A DNA stretch of 64,000 nucleotides from an uncultured delta proteobacterium. GTDB taxonomy: Bacteria; Desulfobacterota; Desulfovibrionia; Desulfovibrionales; Desulfovibrionaceae. A program made the translations under genes and the position numbers. This document shows, piece after piece, positions 1-10,396 of the stretch (positions are counted from its first letter, which is position 1; every line of letters starts with the position of its first letter). The stretch is taken from positions 2,909,990-2,973,989 of the forward strand of contig LT599018.1 in NCBI GenBank assembly GCA_900079685.1, given 5' to 3'. The notes beneath the pieces were generated by a model. That model was not told where the DNA came from, made no database searches, and saw nothing but the letters and a program-made list of their open reading frames with translations.

Positions 1-399
1 GCGTTTGCGCTGGCAGCGCAAATGGCTGTGCAGCGTTCCTCCTCGTTTTTTGTCCGCCAGAATGTACTGGTAAATCCATTCATGACTGAGGGCAAAACCT
101 TTGCGTTTGAGAACTCCAGAGATTTGCTCCGGACTGAAGTCCTGGTGCAGACACTGTTCAACATACGTCCATACCTCAAGGCCAATGCGCTTCTTCCCTT
201 TACTGGTCTGCCTTTTCTGACTGCGCTTGTGTGCCTGCCTGTAGCGGTAGCCACGCGCCCCGGTATTTCGCGCAAGTTCGCGGCTTACAGTTGAGACGCT
301 ACGGCCTATCGCTTTGGCTATGGCCCTCAGTGACGTTCCACTTTTCACTGCCTGGCAGATGTAGTACCGTTCTTCCCTGGCAAGGTGTGCATAGCCCAT
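1..399 (-). CDS. IS30-family transposase, N-terminal part (partial at window edge)
   Basis: Hand translation of the minus strand from the ATG at 399 gives MGYAHLAREERYYICQAVKSGTSLRAIAKAIGRSVSTVSRELARNTGARGYRY..., a helix-turn-helix (HTH) N-terminus typical of IS30 transposases. It continues into the residues seen in ORF 36599..37366. Confidence 0.8.
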   Translation of the reverse strand, partial: MGYAHLAREERYYICQAVKSGTSLRAIAKAIGRSVSTVSRELARNTGARGYRYRQAHKRSQKRQTSKGKKRIGLEVWTYVEQCLHQDFSPEQISGVLKRKGFALSHEWIYQYILADKKRGGTLHSHLRCQRKR

Positions 400-493
400 A
401 CGCCCCTCAATCTTTGGTTGGATGGAGAGGCTAAAGGGCTATACCACCTTGCCTTTTCATTCAACTTTGAGGGTGTTGCACTTGCAAGTTGAA
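1..493 (-). mobile_element. IS30-family insertion sequence, partial (runs off the left edge)
   Basis: Bases 1-179 are identical to 37169-37347, which lie inside the IS30-like transposase ORF at 36.6-37.3 kb. The terminal repeat GGGTGTTGCACTTGCAAGTTGAA (471-493) matches the reverse complement of 36592-36614 with a few mismatches. Confidence 0.8.
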
Positions 494-542
494 TCCGCCT
501 TATCCAATATAAATGTTTTAAAAATAACAAAGGAATGCCACG

Positions 543-3500
543 ATGAAGAAACGGAGAATGATGACGATGGACGGCAACACGGCGGCAGCCTACGTTGCGT
601 ATCCCTTCACGGAGGTTGCCGCGATATTCCCGATCACGCCGTCGTCGCAAATGGCTGAACTCACGGACGAATGGGCCGCGAAGGGAAAAAAGAACCTCTT
701 CGGCCAGACGGTCCGCGTCGTTGAAATGCAGTCCGAGGGCGGCGCGGCAGGCGCGCTGCACGGCTCGCTCCAGGGCGGCGCGCTCACCACGACCTACACC
801 GCGTCCCAGGGGCTGCTCCTGAAAGTGCCCAACATGTATAAAATCGCGGGCGAGCTCTTGCCGGGCGTGTTCCACGTTTCCGCCCGTTCCCTGGCTTCCA
901 ACAGCCTCAGCATTTTCGGCGACCATCAGGACGTCATGTCCACCCGGCAGACCGGGTTCGCGCTCCTGGCTTCCAGCAGCGTGCAGGACTGCATGTACCT
1001 CGGCGCGGTGGCGCACCTGGCCGCCATCAAGGGCCGCCTGCCGTTCCTGCACTTTTTCGACGGGTTCCGCACCTCGCACGAAACGCAGAAAATCGGCGTT
1101 CTGGAATATGAAGAACTGGAAAAACTGCTCGATTGGGACGCCGTAAACGATTTCCGGCGCCGGGCGCTCAACCCGGACCATCCCACCTTAAGCGGCATGA
1201 CCCAGAACCCGGACGTGTTCTTCCAGCTGCGCGAGGCGGTCAACCCCTTCCACGCCGCGCTCCCCGGCATCGTGCGCGAGGCCATGCGGCAGATCAACGG
1301 CCTGACCGGCATGCGGTATGATTTCTTCGAATACTACGGCGCCCCGGACGCGGAACGCGTGATCGTTGCCATGGGTTCTTCCTGTTGCGCCATTGAGGAA
1401 GTGGTGGACGCCCTGACGGCCAAAGGCGAAAAGGTCGGGCTCATCAACGTGCGCCTGTACCGGCCCTTTGTCGAAGAGGCCTTCCGCGACGCGCTGCCGA
1501 AGACCGTCAAACGCATCACCGTGCTTGACCGTACCAAGGAACCGGGCGGGGTGGACCCCCTCTGCCTCGACGTGCGCAACGCCCTGTACGGCAGGCCGAA
1601 CGCGCCCATGGTCATCGCGGGCCGCTACGGCCTGGCGTCCAAGGATTTTACCCCTGCCCAGGCCCAGGCGGTGTTTGACAACCTTGCCCAGGCCGAACCG
1701 AAGGAATCGTTCACGGTCGGCATCGTGGACGACGTGACGTTCACCTCCCTCCCCGAACCCAAGGAACCGGTGAAGATCGACCGGACCGGCCAGACGGCCT
1801 GTAAATTCTGGGGCTTCGGGTCCGACGGCACGGTGGGGGCCAACAAGAGCGCCATCAAGATTATCGGGGACCACACGGACATGTACGCCCAGGCGTATTT
1901 CGCCTACGACTCCAAAAAGTCCGGCGGGGTCACCATCTCCCACCTGCGCTTCGGCGACAAGCCCATCCGCTCCACCTATTACGTGAACGAGGCGGATTTC
2001 ATCGCCTGCCATAACCAGGCCTACGTCCACCTGTACGACGTGCTCGGTGGCCTGCGGCCCGGCGGCACCTTCCTGCTTAACTGCATGTGGTCCGACGAGG
2101 AACTGGAGCAGCACCTGCCCGGCGCCATGAAGCGCTACATCGCGAACAACAACATCAAGTTCCGCACCATCAACGCCATCGGCATCGCCAACGATCTCGG
2201 CATCAGCGGCCGTATCAACATGATTATGCAGGCCGCCTTCTTCAAGCTGGCCAATATCATCCCCCTGGACGACGCGGTGAAATTCCTGAAGGACGCCGTC
2301 GAGGATTCCTACGGCAAGCAGGGCCGCGCCGTTGTGGAGAAAAACTTCGCGGCCATCGACAAGGGCATTTCCGCCATCCACGAGGTTGCGGTTCCCGCAT
2401 CCTGGAAGACCGCGCCGGACGCGCCCGCCCGGAAGGCGGCAAACCGCCCGGCGTTCTATGACGAAATCGTGGTGCCCATGCTGCGCCAGGAAGGGGACAA
2501 ACTCCCGGTCAGCGCGTTCAAGGGCTACGAGGACGGCCGCTGGCCCGTGGGCATCACCGGGTATGAAAAACGCGGCGTCGCCGTGCAGGCCGCCTGCTGG
2601 GACGCGGCCAACTGCATCCAGTGCAACCAGTGCTCCTTTGTCTGCCCGCACGCGGTCATCCGCCCGCTGCTGGCGACGGAAGAGGAACTTGGGGGCGCGC
2701 CCGAGGGCTTCCAGTCGCTTCCGGCCACGGGATACAAGGGCTTTGCCTACCACCTGGCGATCTCTTCCCTGGACTGCACCGGCTGCGGCCTCTGCCACCA
2801 GGCCTGCCCGGCCAAGACCAAGGCCATCGGCCTGAAATTGCTGGAAGAGCAGCGTCCCCAGTGTGAGGACCTCTGGAACTTCGCCAATGAGCGCATCAGC
2901 TACAAGCCGGTGGAAGACGGCAAGATCTCCGTCAAAACCAGCCAGTTTCTGCAGCCGCTCAACGAGTTTTCCGGCGCCTGCGCGGGCTGCGGGGAAACGC
3001 CGTACGCCAAGCTCATCACCCAGCTGTTCGGGGACCGCATGATGCTGTCCAACGCCGCCGGGTGTTCCACCGTGTGGGCGGCGGGCGCTCCGTCCGTTTC
3101 CTACACCAAGAACGCCGCCGGGCAAGGCCCCGCCTGGGGCTTCTCCCTGTTTGAAGACTGCGCGGAATACGGCTTCGGCATGTCGCTGGGCGTGGAGCAG
3201 GTCAGAACGCTCGTCGCGGACCTGGTCACGCAGGCCCTTGCCAAAGGCCAGCCCGAGCCGCTGGGCGCGGCCATGCGGGATTGGCTGGACAACCGCAAAA
3301 ACGGGAACGGCACGAGATTCCGCGCCAAGGCCCTGGAAGACGCGCTGGCCGCCCATAAGGGAACGGACCCGCTCCTGAACGAGATATACCGGCAGCGCGA
3401 TTACTTTGTGAAGCGCTCCCACTGGATATTTGGCGGCGACGGCTGGGCCTACGACATCGGCTACGGCGGCCTGGACCACGTGCTGGCCTACGGCGATGAC

Positions 3501-4061
3501 GTAAACGCCTTCGTGTTCGACACGGAAGTGTATTCCAATACCGGCGGCCAGTCCTCCAAGGCCACCCCTGTCGGGGCCATCGCCCAGTTCGCGGCGGGCG
3601 GCAAACCCACGCCGAAGAAGGACCTCGGCCTGATGGCCGTGACCTACGGCACGGTGTACGTGGCCCAGGTGGCGCTCGGCGCGGACAAGGCCCAGACCCT
3701 GCGGGCCATCATGGAAGCGGAAGCGTATCCCGGCCCGTCCCTCATCATCGCCTACGCGCCCTGCATCAACCACGGCATCAAGGGCGGCATGGCCCAGGGC
3801 CTCGCCCAGGCCAAAGAGGCCGTGGACGCGGGCTACTGGTCCTTGTACCGCTATAACCCCCTGCTCAAGCGGGAAGGGAAAAACCCCTTCATCCTGGATT
3901 CCAAGAAACCGGCCGGTAACTTCCGTGACCATCTTTTGAAGGAAGTGCGCTACTCCGCGCTGCTGACCCAGTTCCCGGACAAGGCCGAGGAACTCCTGCG
4001 CCATGCGGAACAGGCCGCGCAGGAGCGCCGGGAAATGTACGAGCGCCTGGCCGGAGCCTAA
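543..4061 (+). CDS. por: pyruvate:ferredoxin (flavodoxin) oxidoreductase
   Basis: 1172-aa ORF. N-terminus is DGNTAAAYVAYPFTEVAAIFPITPSS. Two 4Fe-4S ferredoxin motifs (CIQCNQCSFVCP, CTGCGLCHQACP) and a TPP-binding block GGDGWAYDIGYGGLDHV. AGGA lies 9 nt upstream of the ATG. Confidence 0.95.
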   Translation: MKKRRMMTMDGNTAAAYVAYPFTEVAAIFPITPSSQMAELTDEWAAKGKKNLFGQTVRVVEMQSEGGAAGALHGSLQGGALTTTYTASQGLLLKVPNMYKIAGELLPGVFHVSARSLASNSLSIFGDHQDVMSTRQTGFALLASSSVQDCMYLGAVAHLAAIKGRLPFLHFFDGFRTSHETQKIGVLEYEELEKLLDWDAVNDFRRRALNPDHPTLSGMTQNPDVFFQLREAVNPFHAALPGIVREAMRQINGLTGMRYDFFEYYGAPDAERVIVAMGSSCCAIEEVVDALTAKGEKVGLINVRLYRPFVEEAFRDALPKTVKRITVLDRTKEPGGVDPLCLDVRNALYGRPNAPMVIAGRYGLASKDFTPAQAQAVFDNLAQAEPKESFTVGIVDDVTFTSLPEPKEPVKIDRTGQTACKFWGFGSDGTVGANKSAIKIIGDHTDMYAQAYFAYDSKKSGGVTISHLRFGDKPIRSTYYVNEADFIACHNQAYVHLYDVLGGLRPGGTFLLNCMWSDEELEQHLPGAMKRYIANNNIKFRTINAIGIANDLGISGRINMIMQAAFFKLANIIPLDDAVKFLKDAVEDSYGKQGRAVVEKNFAAIDKGISAIHEVAVPASWKTAPDAPARKAANRPAFYDEIVVPMLRQEGDKLPVSAFKGYEDGRWPVGITGYEKRGVAVQAACWDAANCIQCNQCSFVCPHAVIRPLLATEEELGGAPEGFQSLPATGYKGFAYHLAISSLDCTGCGLCHQACPAKTKAIGLKLLEEQRPQCEDLWNFANERISYKPVEDGKISVKTSQFLQPLNEFSGACAGCGETPYAKLITQLFGDRMMLSNAAGCSTVWAAGAPSVSYTKNAAGQGPAWGFSLFEDCAEYGFGMSLGVEQVRTLVADLVTQALAKGQPEPLGAAMRDWLDNRKNGNGTRFRAKALEDALAAHKGTDPLLNEIYRQRDYFVKRSHWIFGGDGWAYDIGYGGLDHVLAYGDDVNAFVFDTEVYSNTGGQSSKATPVGAIAQFAAGGKPTPKKDLGLMAVTYGTVYVAQVALGADKAQTLRAIMEAEAYPGPSLIIAYAPCINHGIKGGMAQGLAQAKEAVDAGYWSLYRYNPLLKREGKNPFILDSKKPAGNFRDHLLKEVRYSALLTQFPDKAEELLRHAEQAAQERREMYERLAGA

Positions 4062-4140
4062 GGCGGACGAAAATGTGTTGCATCGGAGCGCCCCGAGGGG
4101 CGGAGGTTTCATTAACCGGAACGTATCAAGGAGAATACTG

Positions 4141-5157
4141 ATGAAATCGAAACTATTGCTGTCGTGCGCTGTTGCCCTGGGTCTCGTTTTCGCCGCGTCT
4201 TTCGGGGCCGTGGCGGCAACGACCATCAAGCTGGCGCATTCCTCGCCGGCCACCAACGACCGGCTTGAAGCCGCCTGTCAGATATTCAAAAAATACGTGG
4301 AGGAAAAAACCGGCGGCGCCGTCAAGGTGGATACCTTCCCCGGCAGCCAGCTCGGCGCCGAACGCGAGCAGCTTGAAGGCGTGCAGATGGGCAGCATCGA
4401 AATGGCGGCCCTGAGTGCCGGGCCCTTCCCCACGCTGTTCGCCGAAATCATGGTGTTTGACATCCCCTTCCTCTTCGCCAGCGAAGAGATCGCCTACAAG
4501 ATCATGGACGGCCCCGTGGGCACGGAACTGCGCGAAAAGTTCCGCCAGAAAACGGGCGTTCGCTGCGTGGCGTTCGGTGAAAACGGCTTCCGCAACTTCA
4601 CCTCCAACGTGGCCGTGACCAAGCCCGAAGATTTGAAGGGCCTGAAGATCCGCGTCATGGAAAACCCGGCCCACATGCAGATGGTGCGCGAACTCGGCGC
4701 CATTCCCACCCCGATCCCGTTCTCCGAACTGTACACGGCCCTGTCCCAGGGCGTGGTTGACGCGCAGGAAAACCCCGCCTCCCTGGTGGAATCCATGCGG
4801 TTCTATGAAGTGCAGAAATTCATGGTGCTCGACCGCCACGTGTACAACCCCTACCTCCTGATTATGAACGACGACTTCTACAAAGCCCTCACCCCCGAGC
4901 AGCAGAAGGTTATCGACGAGGCCAGCCAGCTCTTCGCGAAAGAAGAGCGCCGCCTGAACCGGGAACAGATCGCTTCCGGCATCGGCCGCATGCAGAAAGC
5001 CGGCCTGACCGTGACCGAGTTGGAGCCCGGCGCGCTTGAGCGTTTCCGCGCCATGGTGCAGCCCAAAGTTGTTGAAACGATCAAGAAGCAGGTTCCTCCC
5101 GCGACCGTGGACGCTTTTGTAAAGGCCGTGGCCGAGGCTGAAGCCAGCACGAAATGA
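4141..5157 (+). CDS. dctP: TRAP transporter substrate-binding protein (DctP family)
   Basis: Signal peptide MKSKLLLSCAVALGLVFAASFGAVAA, then a DctP-like body. AAGGAG precedes the ATG at 4141. It is followed by small and large TRAP permease genes. Confidence 0.9.
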   Translation: MKSKLLLSCAVALGLVFAASFGAVAATTIKLAHSSPATNDRLEAACQIFKKYVEEKTGGAVKVDTFPGSQLGAEREQLEGVQMGSIEMAALSAGPFPTLFAEIMVFDIPFLFASEEIAYKIMDGPVGTELREKFRQKTGVRCVAFGENGFRNFTSNVAVTKPEDLKGLKIRVMENPAHMQMVRELGAIPTPIPFSELYTALSQGVVDAQENPASLVESMRFYEVQKFMVLDRHVYNPYLLIMNDDFYKALTPEQQKVIDEASQLFAKEERRLNREQIASGIGRMQKAGLTVTELEPGALERFRAMVQPKVVETIKKQVPPATVDAFVKAVAEAEASTK

Positions 5158-5168
5158 TCCCCCCAGAG

Positions 5169-5231
5169 CCGCGGGGCGCCGCCGCCCCGCGGTCTCACGA
5201 AACGGCCCGCGGCGCAGCCGCGCTGCGGGCC
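5169..5231 (+). other. two GC-rich intercistronic stem-loops between dctP and dctQ
   Basis: 10-bp stem CCGCGGGGCG/CGCCCCGCGG (5169-5192) and a roughly 12-bp stem GGCCCGCGGCGC.../...GCGCTGCGGGCC (5204-5231). Confidence 0.5.
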
Positions 5232-5276
5232 GCAAAGGCATCACCCGGCGGCGGCCCCTTCTAAAATGGAGGAAGA

Positions 5277-5804
5277 ATGCGAAGTATTTTGCGACAGATA
5301 AACGACAAGCTGATTGAAGCGGAAAAGATAACCTGCGCGTTGCTGCTCTTCGCTGTCCTCATGGTGACGGTGTGGGGGGTTTTCGAGCGGTTCGTCCTGC
5401 AAATAGGGTTCGGCTGGTCCGATGAAGTGGCGCGGTACGTCAACGTGTACTGCATCTTTCTCGGCGCATGCCTGGGCGTTGTAAAGAGCGCCCACGTGGG
5501 CGTGGATGTTTTTGTCCGCCTGGTTCCGGCCAGATACCACAAAATCCTGGGCGCGATTGCCTATGTTCTGTGCGCCGCGTTTTGCGCGTCCGTGGCTGTT
5601 ACGGGATACAGCTATTTCCTGCGGCTGCAAGCCTCGAACCAGATTTCCGCCGCCCTGCAAATACCGATCTGTTGGGTGTTTTTCGCGGTTCCGCTCGGGT
5701 GCGGCCTGATGTGCCTGCACTACATATTGCGGCTCGCGCTCGGGGATATCGAAACGCCTGTGGAAGTTCCTTCCAAGACAGTGAAGGGGGCTTCCGATGA
5801 GTGA
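5277..5804 (+). CDS. dctQ: TRAP transporter small permease (DctQ family)
   Basis: 175-aa hydrophobic protein between the DctP and DctM genes. GGAGGA lies upstream and the ORF overlaps the next one by 8 nt. Confidence 0.85.
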   Translation: MRSILRQINDKLIEAEKITCALLLFAVLMVTVWGVFERFVLQIGFGWSDEVARYVNVYCIFLGACLGVVKSAHVGVDVFVRLVPARYHKILGAIAYVLCAAFCASVAVTGYSYFLRLQASNQISAALQIPICWVFFAVPLGCGLMCLHYILRLALGDIETPVEVPSKTVKGASDE

Positions 5805-7068
5805 AATCCTGATCGTCTGCCTCGCCATCCTGATCGTGATGAACGTTCCCATTGCCATGAGCATAGGGTTCGCCACCTTCATCGCCATTTTCACGGCGGG
5901 CAAGGTTCCCCTGTTCCTGGTAAGCCAGCGCATGTTCACCGGGGTGGACTCCTTCCCGCTGCTGGCCATTCCTCTGTTCATGCTGGCCGGGAGCCTCATG
6001 GACAGAGGGGGCATATCCCGCCGCCTGATCGATCTCGCGACCGCGTTCGTGGGGCATATCCACGGCGGGCTCGGCATCATCGCGGTCATCGCCTGCATGT
6101 TCTTCGCGGCGATTTCCGGTTCCGCCCCGGCAACGGTTGTGGCCATCGGCTCCATCATGGTTCCCGCCATGATAAAGGCCGGGTATGACAAGGCGTTTTC
6201 CGTGGCCTTGCTGGCCGCCGCCGGCACCATCGGGGTGGTTATCCCGCCGAGCATTCCTTTCGTCACGTACGGGGTGTCCATGAACGCCTCCATTGGGAAA
6301 CTCTTCGCGGCGGGCCTTGTGCCGGGCATCCTGATGGGGCTGACCCTCATCATTCTCTGTTACGTCGTGAGCCTGCGCAGGGGATACAAGGCGACCATGG
6401 AAAACGCCAAGGGGCGGTTCGCGGCCGTTAAAGAGGCGTTCTGGGGGCTGCTCATGCCCATTATCATCCTCGGCGGGATTTACGGCGGCATTTTCACGCC
6501 CACGGAAGCCGCGGCCGTCGCCTGCCTGTACGGTTTGATCGTGGGGCTTTTCATCTATAGCGAGTTGAGCTTAAAAGTCATCTATGAATGCCTGCACACG
6601 GCGGCCGTGCCGTCGGCCATGGTGCTCCTGATAATCGGCTGCGCCACGGCCATGGGGTGGATCACCACAGCTGAAAAGGTCCCCCACGCGGTGGCCGCCT
6701 ACATGACCACGATCACCGATTCCAAGATCGCCATGCTGCTCATGCTGAACGGCATCCTGATTATCGTCGGCTGCCTCATGGAGCTCAACGCGGCCATCAT
6801 CCTGCTCGGCCCCATTCTCCTGCCCCTGCTCCTGCAATACAAGATAGACGTGGTCCACTTCGGCGTCATCATGGTCGTGAACCTGGCCGTGGGCTTGCTC
6901 ACGCCGCCCCTGGGGATCAACCTCTTTGTCGCCAACGGGTTACGGAAGGATGTGGATTTCAAAGATATAGTCAAAAGGGTTCTGCCCATGGTCGGTGCGT
7001 TGTTTGCGTTAGTCCTGATTCTCAGCTATATACCCGTCATCTCGTTGTTCCTGACCAGATTTGTATGA
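5797..7068 (+). CDS. dctM: TRAP transporter large permease (DctM family)
   Basis: 423-aa polytopic membrane protein with typical DctM length and sequence style (FTGVDSFPLLAIPLFMLAG). Confidence 0.9.
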   Translation: MSEILIVCLAILIVMNVPIAMSIGFATFIAIFTAGKVPLFLVSQRMFTGVDSFPLLAIPLFMLAGSLMDRGGISRRLIDLATAFVGHIHGGLGIIAVIACMFFAAISGSAPATVVAIGSIMVPAMIKAGYDKAFSVALLAAAGTIGVVIPPSIPFVTYGVSMNASIGKLFAAGLVPGILMGLTLIILCYVVSLRRGYKATMENAKGRFAAVKEAFWGLLMPIIILGGIYGGIFTPTEAAAVACLYGLIVGLFIYSELSLKVIYECLHTAAVPSAMVLLIIGCATAMGWITTAEKVPHAVAAYMTTITDSKIAMLLMLNGILIIVGCLMELNAAIILLGPILLPLLLQYKIDVVHFGVIMVVNLAVGLLTPPLGINLFVANGLRKDVDFKDIVKRVLPMVGALFALVLILSYIPVISLFLTRFV

Positions 7069-7143
7069 TGGTCACTGCAGAGCAATAGAGTAATGTAGAG
7101 AGAAGAGACATTTATCTATTTGCCATGAGGCGGGTTACAGTCA

Positions 7144-7920
7144 ATGTCAGATAAAAAGAAAGCAAGCAGCGTTATAAAAGCACTGAATATTCTTGAGTTG
7201 CTTGGAGACTGCAAAGAACTTGGCGTGACGGAGATAGGCGAAAAGCTCGGCTACGACAAAAGCACAACCTTTCGTCTTCTCGCTACACTAAAAGAACGGA
7301 ACTTTGTCATTCAGAATGCAAAAAACCAAAAATATTCCAACGCGATAAAGCTGCTCATGCTGGGCAATGCGGTATTGCGGCACAAAAATTACAGCCACAA
7401 TATCCGGATTGAGCTGAAAAAACTGGCGGAAACGACCCGTGAGACGGTCAACCTGGCCATAGCGGAAGGCACTGAGGTTATTTACATCGACCGGTACGAA
7501 ACGGAAGATATCCTCAAACTCGCCAGCGCCATCGGCCAGCGGCGTCCGATGTACTGCACCTCGGTGGGGAAGGCCATTATGGCCTATTACGACCCCGGCT
7601 ACGTGGAATCGCTTTGCACGAACTTCCCCTTCGAGGCGTTTACCGAATTCACCTGCACAAATAAAAAAGCTCTGCTCAAGGAGCTGGAACTGATACGGCA
7701 ACGGGGGTACAGCATCGACAACCAGGAGCACCATCTCGGCATCCGGTGCGTCGCTGTTCCCATCTTAAGCCAGCACAACGAACCACTGGCAGCGGTGAGC
7801 ATTTCCATGCCCCAGTTTCGCGCCGACGCGGACCCGGGCTTGTTGGACAGGTGCATCGCCGCCCTCCTCGAAGCCTCGCCCAGGCTGACCAGGAGTTTCC
7901 TCGGTTCGGCGCAACAGTGA
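7144..7920 (+). CDS. IclR-family transcriptional regulator
   Basis: 258 aa. N-terminal winged HTH (VIKALNILELLGDCKELGVTEIGEKLGYDKSTTFRLLATL) plus a C-terminal IclR effector domain (GIRCVAVPI). Confidence 0.85.
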   Translation: MSDKKKASSVIKALNILELLGDCKELGVTEIGEKLGYDKSTTFRLLATLKERNFVIQNAKNQKYSNAIKLLMLGNAVLRHKNYSHNIRIELKKLAETTRETVNLAIAEGTEVIYIDRYETEDILKLASAIGQRRPMYCTSVGKAIMAYYDPGYVESLCTNFPFEAFTEFTCTNKKALLKELELIRQRGYSIDNQEHHLGIRCVAVPILSQHNEPLAAVSISMPQFRADADPGLLDRCIAALLEASPRLTRSFLGSAQQ

Positions 7921-7956
7921 AGGTTCCGCGCGGCAGGGTTGTTCTTAGAGGTTAGC

Positions 7957-8937
7957 ATGTCGCGTTACAAGATAGTCAATGTCGAGCCTTATTGGGACGA
8001 GTACGGCATAGAAAGAGAAGTCGCCAAACAGATAGACGCGGAAGCCGTGTTTATCAAAACCATTGATTACGAGAGGATCTACAAGGAAATCCCGGACTGC
8101 GACGCCCTGGTCATCCAGTACCTGAAAATAGACGATGCTCTGCTGGACCGCATGCCCAAGTGCAAAATCATCGTGCGCTCGGCCATCGGCGTGAACAACA
8201 TCGATCTCAAGGCCTGCGCGGATCGCGGCGTCATGGTCGCCAACGTGCCGGACTACATGCAGGGGGAAGTGGCCGACCATATCATGGCCATGTTCCTTGC
8301 CGTGAACAGAAAGCTCACGTTCCTCAACAAGCAGGTCCGGAGCGGCGCGTGGAGCGCCGAGGACGCGCGGCCCATGTATCTTTTGAAGACCCAGAGCATG
8401 GGCATTCTCGGCTGCGGGCAGATCGGCCAGATGACGGCGGCGCGCGCCCAGTCCTTCGGCATGAAGATTTACGGGTATGACCCGTTCCTGCCGCGCGAGG
8501 TTTTCGACAAGCTGAACATTATCCAGGTGAATTCGCTGGACGCGTTTTTCAGCACCATCGACCACCTTTCCATCCACATGCCGCTGACCGAGGAAACCAG
8601 GCACATCGTCAACTACGAGCGGCTGTGCCGGCTCAAGCCCCACAGCATCGTGCTGAATTCGTCGCGCGGGCCCGTGCTTTCCAGCGACGGCCTTTACCGG
8701 GCGCTGAAAGAAGGGCGCATTTACGGCGCGGGCCTGGACGTTCTTGAAGAGGAACCGCCGCAGTTCCCGCTGCCGCTGGCCGAGTTTGATACCGTCCTGT
8801 TCTCGCCCCACATCGCCTACTACTCGCAGGAAGGGGAGATCAACATGAAGCGGAAGTCCTTTGAAGAGGTCGTGCGCTTCTTCACCGAGGGGCGGCCCAA
8901 GCATTGGGTTAACCAGAAGTTTTTCCCCGCCTCCTGA
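7957..8937 (+). CDS. D-isomer-specific 2-hydroxyacid dehydrogenase family protein
   Basis: NAD-binding GILGCGQIGQ motif, and the SIHMPLT and NSSRG...GAGLDV blocks typical of the family. Start taken at MSRYKIV. Confidence 0.85.
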   Translation: MSRYKIVNVEPYWDEYGIEREVAKQIDAEAVFIKTIDYERIYKEIPDCDALVIQYLKIDDALLDRMPKCKIIVRSAIGVNNIDLKACADRGVMVANVPDYMQGEVADHIMAMFLAVNRKLTFLNKQVRSGAWSAEDARPMYLLKTQSMGILGCGQIGQMTAARAQSFGMKIYGYDPFLPREVFDKLNIIQVNSLDAFFSTIDHLSIHMPLTEETRHIVNYERLCRLKPHSIVLNSSRGPVLSSDGLYRALKEGRIYGAGLDVLEEEPPQFPLPLAEFDTVLFSPHIAYYSQEGEINMKRKSFEEVVRFFTEGRPKHWVNQKFFPAS

Positions 8938-8979
8938 GGGCAGGGCCAGCCTTCCGGGGTTTACCGGCAGTGCGTTACA

Positions 8980-9020
8980 ACGCCGGAGCGGCAGTTCGCC
9001 GCTCCGGCGTCATTGTTTTT
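8980..9020 (+). terminator. intrinsic terminator between convergent genes
   Basis: 12-13 bp stem ACGCCGGAGCGG/CCGCTCCGGCGT followed by CATTGTTTTT. Confidence 0.7.
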
Positions 9021-9029
9021 CCGGGTTTT

Positions 9030-10304
9030 TTACGCGCCGCCCGGCTTCCCGCATACCCGGTCGAGCAGCCTCGCGGCGGCGAACGCGCCGGCGGTCGCAA
9101 GGATGACGGGGTAAAAGGCGTCGTGGTTCGCGTGGGTGAGTTCGTAGATAAGCACGACGGCGGTCAGGGGCATGCTCATGGCGGCGGCCAGAAAGGCGGC
9201 CGAGCCCGTCAGGGCGAGGTGGCTCTCAAGGATGGGCGGGAAAAACAGGCTCCAGCAGCCCCCGAGCAGAATGCCGGCCAGCGCTCCCTGGAGCAGACTG
9301 GGGGTGATAAGCCCGCCGAAAGCCCCGGCCTTGCACGTGCTGACCGTGACGGCGAAGCGCAGAACCAGCAGGGCGGCGGCGAGCGCGGGCGTGAGGGAGC
9401 TTACAAGGCTGAGTTGGAGCGGGCCTTTGCCGTTGCCCAGAAGCTCCGGGAAGGGCACGGCCAAGAGGCCGATAAGGAAAAAGTTGGCCAGACAGGCGGG
9501 AATCCGGCCCGGGCCGGAAACGGCGCTTTTCCGGGCTCTCGCGGTTGCACGGGCAAAAAGCCATGCGGCCGCGCCGAGAAGCGGCCCGGCGAAGACGGCC
9601 CACAGCAGAAGGGAAGCGCTCGGGTTTATGGGGGGCACGATATAGGTGCGGGCATCCCCGAGCCCGGCCCAGGCGGTCAGGGAGCCGAGAACGCAGACGA
9701 ACAGCACGGCCGGGGCGCGGCGGCCCGGCAGGGAAACGAGCAGGGTTTCCAGCGCGAAAAGAGCCCCGGCCAGGGGCACGTTGTACACGGCCGCAAGACC
9801 CGCGCCAGAGCCGCAGGCCACGAGCAGGGCCGTGTCCTCATCGCCGAGGCCCAGCCGGTTGCCGATGCGTCCGGCGCACAAGGCTCCCAGTTCGCGCGGC
9901 GCGCTTTCCCGGCCGAGCGGCGAGCCGAGGCCCACCGTGATTATCTGGAGCAGGGCGTGGGCGACCGTCGCTACAGCGGGCATGGGCCGGGGCGGGACCG
10001 AGGCGGCGCTGGGAATACTGACCAGGGTCCGCCCGGCGCGAAAAAGGAAAAACCAGCCGAACCCGGCCACAAGGCCGCAGAGAGCCAGGGCGAAAACGCG
10101 GCGGCGCGGCGCTGCCTGTTCCACTCCCTGTAAAAAGCTCGCGGACGCCGTCAGGGAGTCGAAGCCGTAGCCGAAGGCCAGGTGCTGCACACCGTGCAAC
10201 AGCCAGCTCAAGGCAATGCCGGCGCACCCGGCGCAGACGCCTGTGGCGGCCAGGCCCAGAACAAGGGCGGTGGGGCGGTTGAATGTCTGCCGGGTACCAT
10301 GCAT
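9030..10304 (-). CDS. ClC-family chloride channel / H+-Cl- exchanger
   Basis: 424-aa membrane protein with GLGSPLGRESAPRELGA and GSGAGLAAVYNVPLAGALFALE motifs. Confidence 0.85.
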   Translation of the reverse strand: MHGTRQTFNRPTALVLGLAATGVCAGCAGIALSWLLHGVQHLAFGYGFDSLTASASFLQGVEQAAPRRRVFALALCGLVAGFGWFFLFRAGRTLVSIPSAASVPPRPMPAVATVAHALLQIITVGLGSPLGRESAPRELGALCAGRIGNRLGLGDEDTALLVACGSGAGLAAVYNVPLAGALFALETLLVSLPGRRAPAVLFVCVLGSLTAWAGLGDARTYIVPPINPSASLLLWAVFAGPLLGAAAWLFARATARARKSAVSGPGRIPACLANFFLIGLLAVPFPELLGNGKGPLQLSLVSSLTPALAAALLVLRFAVTVSTCKAGAFGGLITPSLLQGALAGILLGGCWSLFFPPILESHLALTGSAAFLAAAMSMPLTAVVLIYELTHANHDAFYPVILATAGAFAAARLLDRVCGKPGGA

Positions 10305-10396
10305 GGGCCACCATACCGCGAAAAATGAAAAGATTGAAGGAGCCCGGCGTTTTTCCGCGTGAGAATTTTGGGGATTCCCTTGCGCTTTCGGCGCGG

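Noticed and set aside
1188-4256. 1022-aa ORF on the minus strand
   Set aside because: It lies entirely antisense to the well-supported por gene. The composition is typical of shadow ORFs in high-GC DNA (Arg/Gly/Ala/His-rich), with no recognisable motifs.
8970-10133. 387-aa plus-strand ORF (similar shadow ORFs at 5241-6353, 7945-8904 and 11587-12885)
   Set aside because: All are antisense to genes with strong family signatures, and none has an RBS or motifs.
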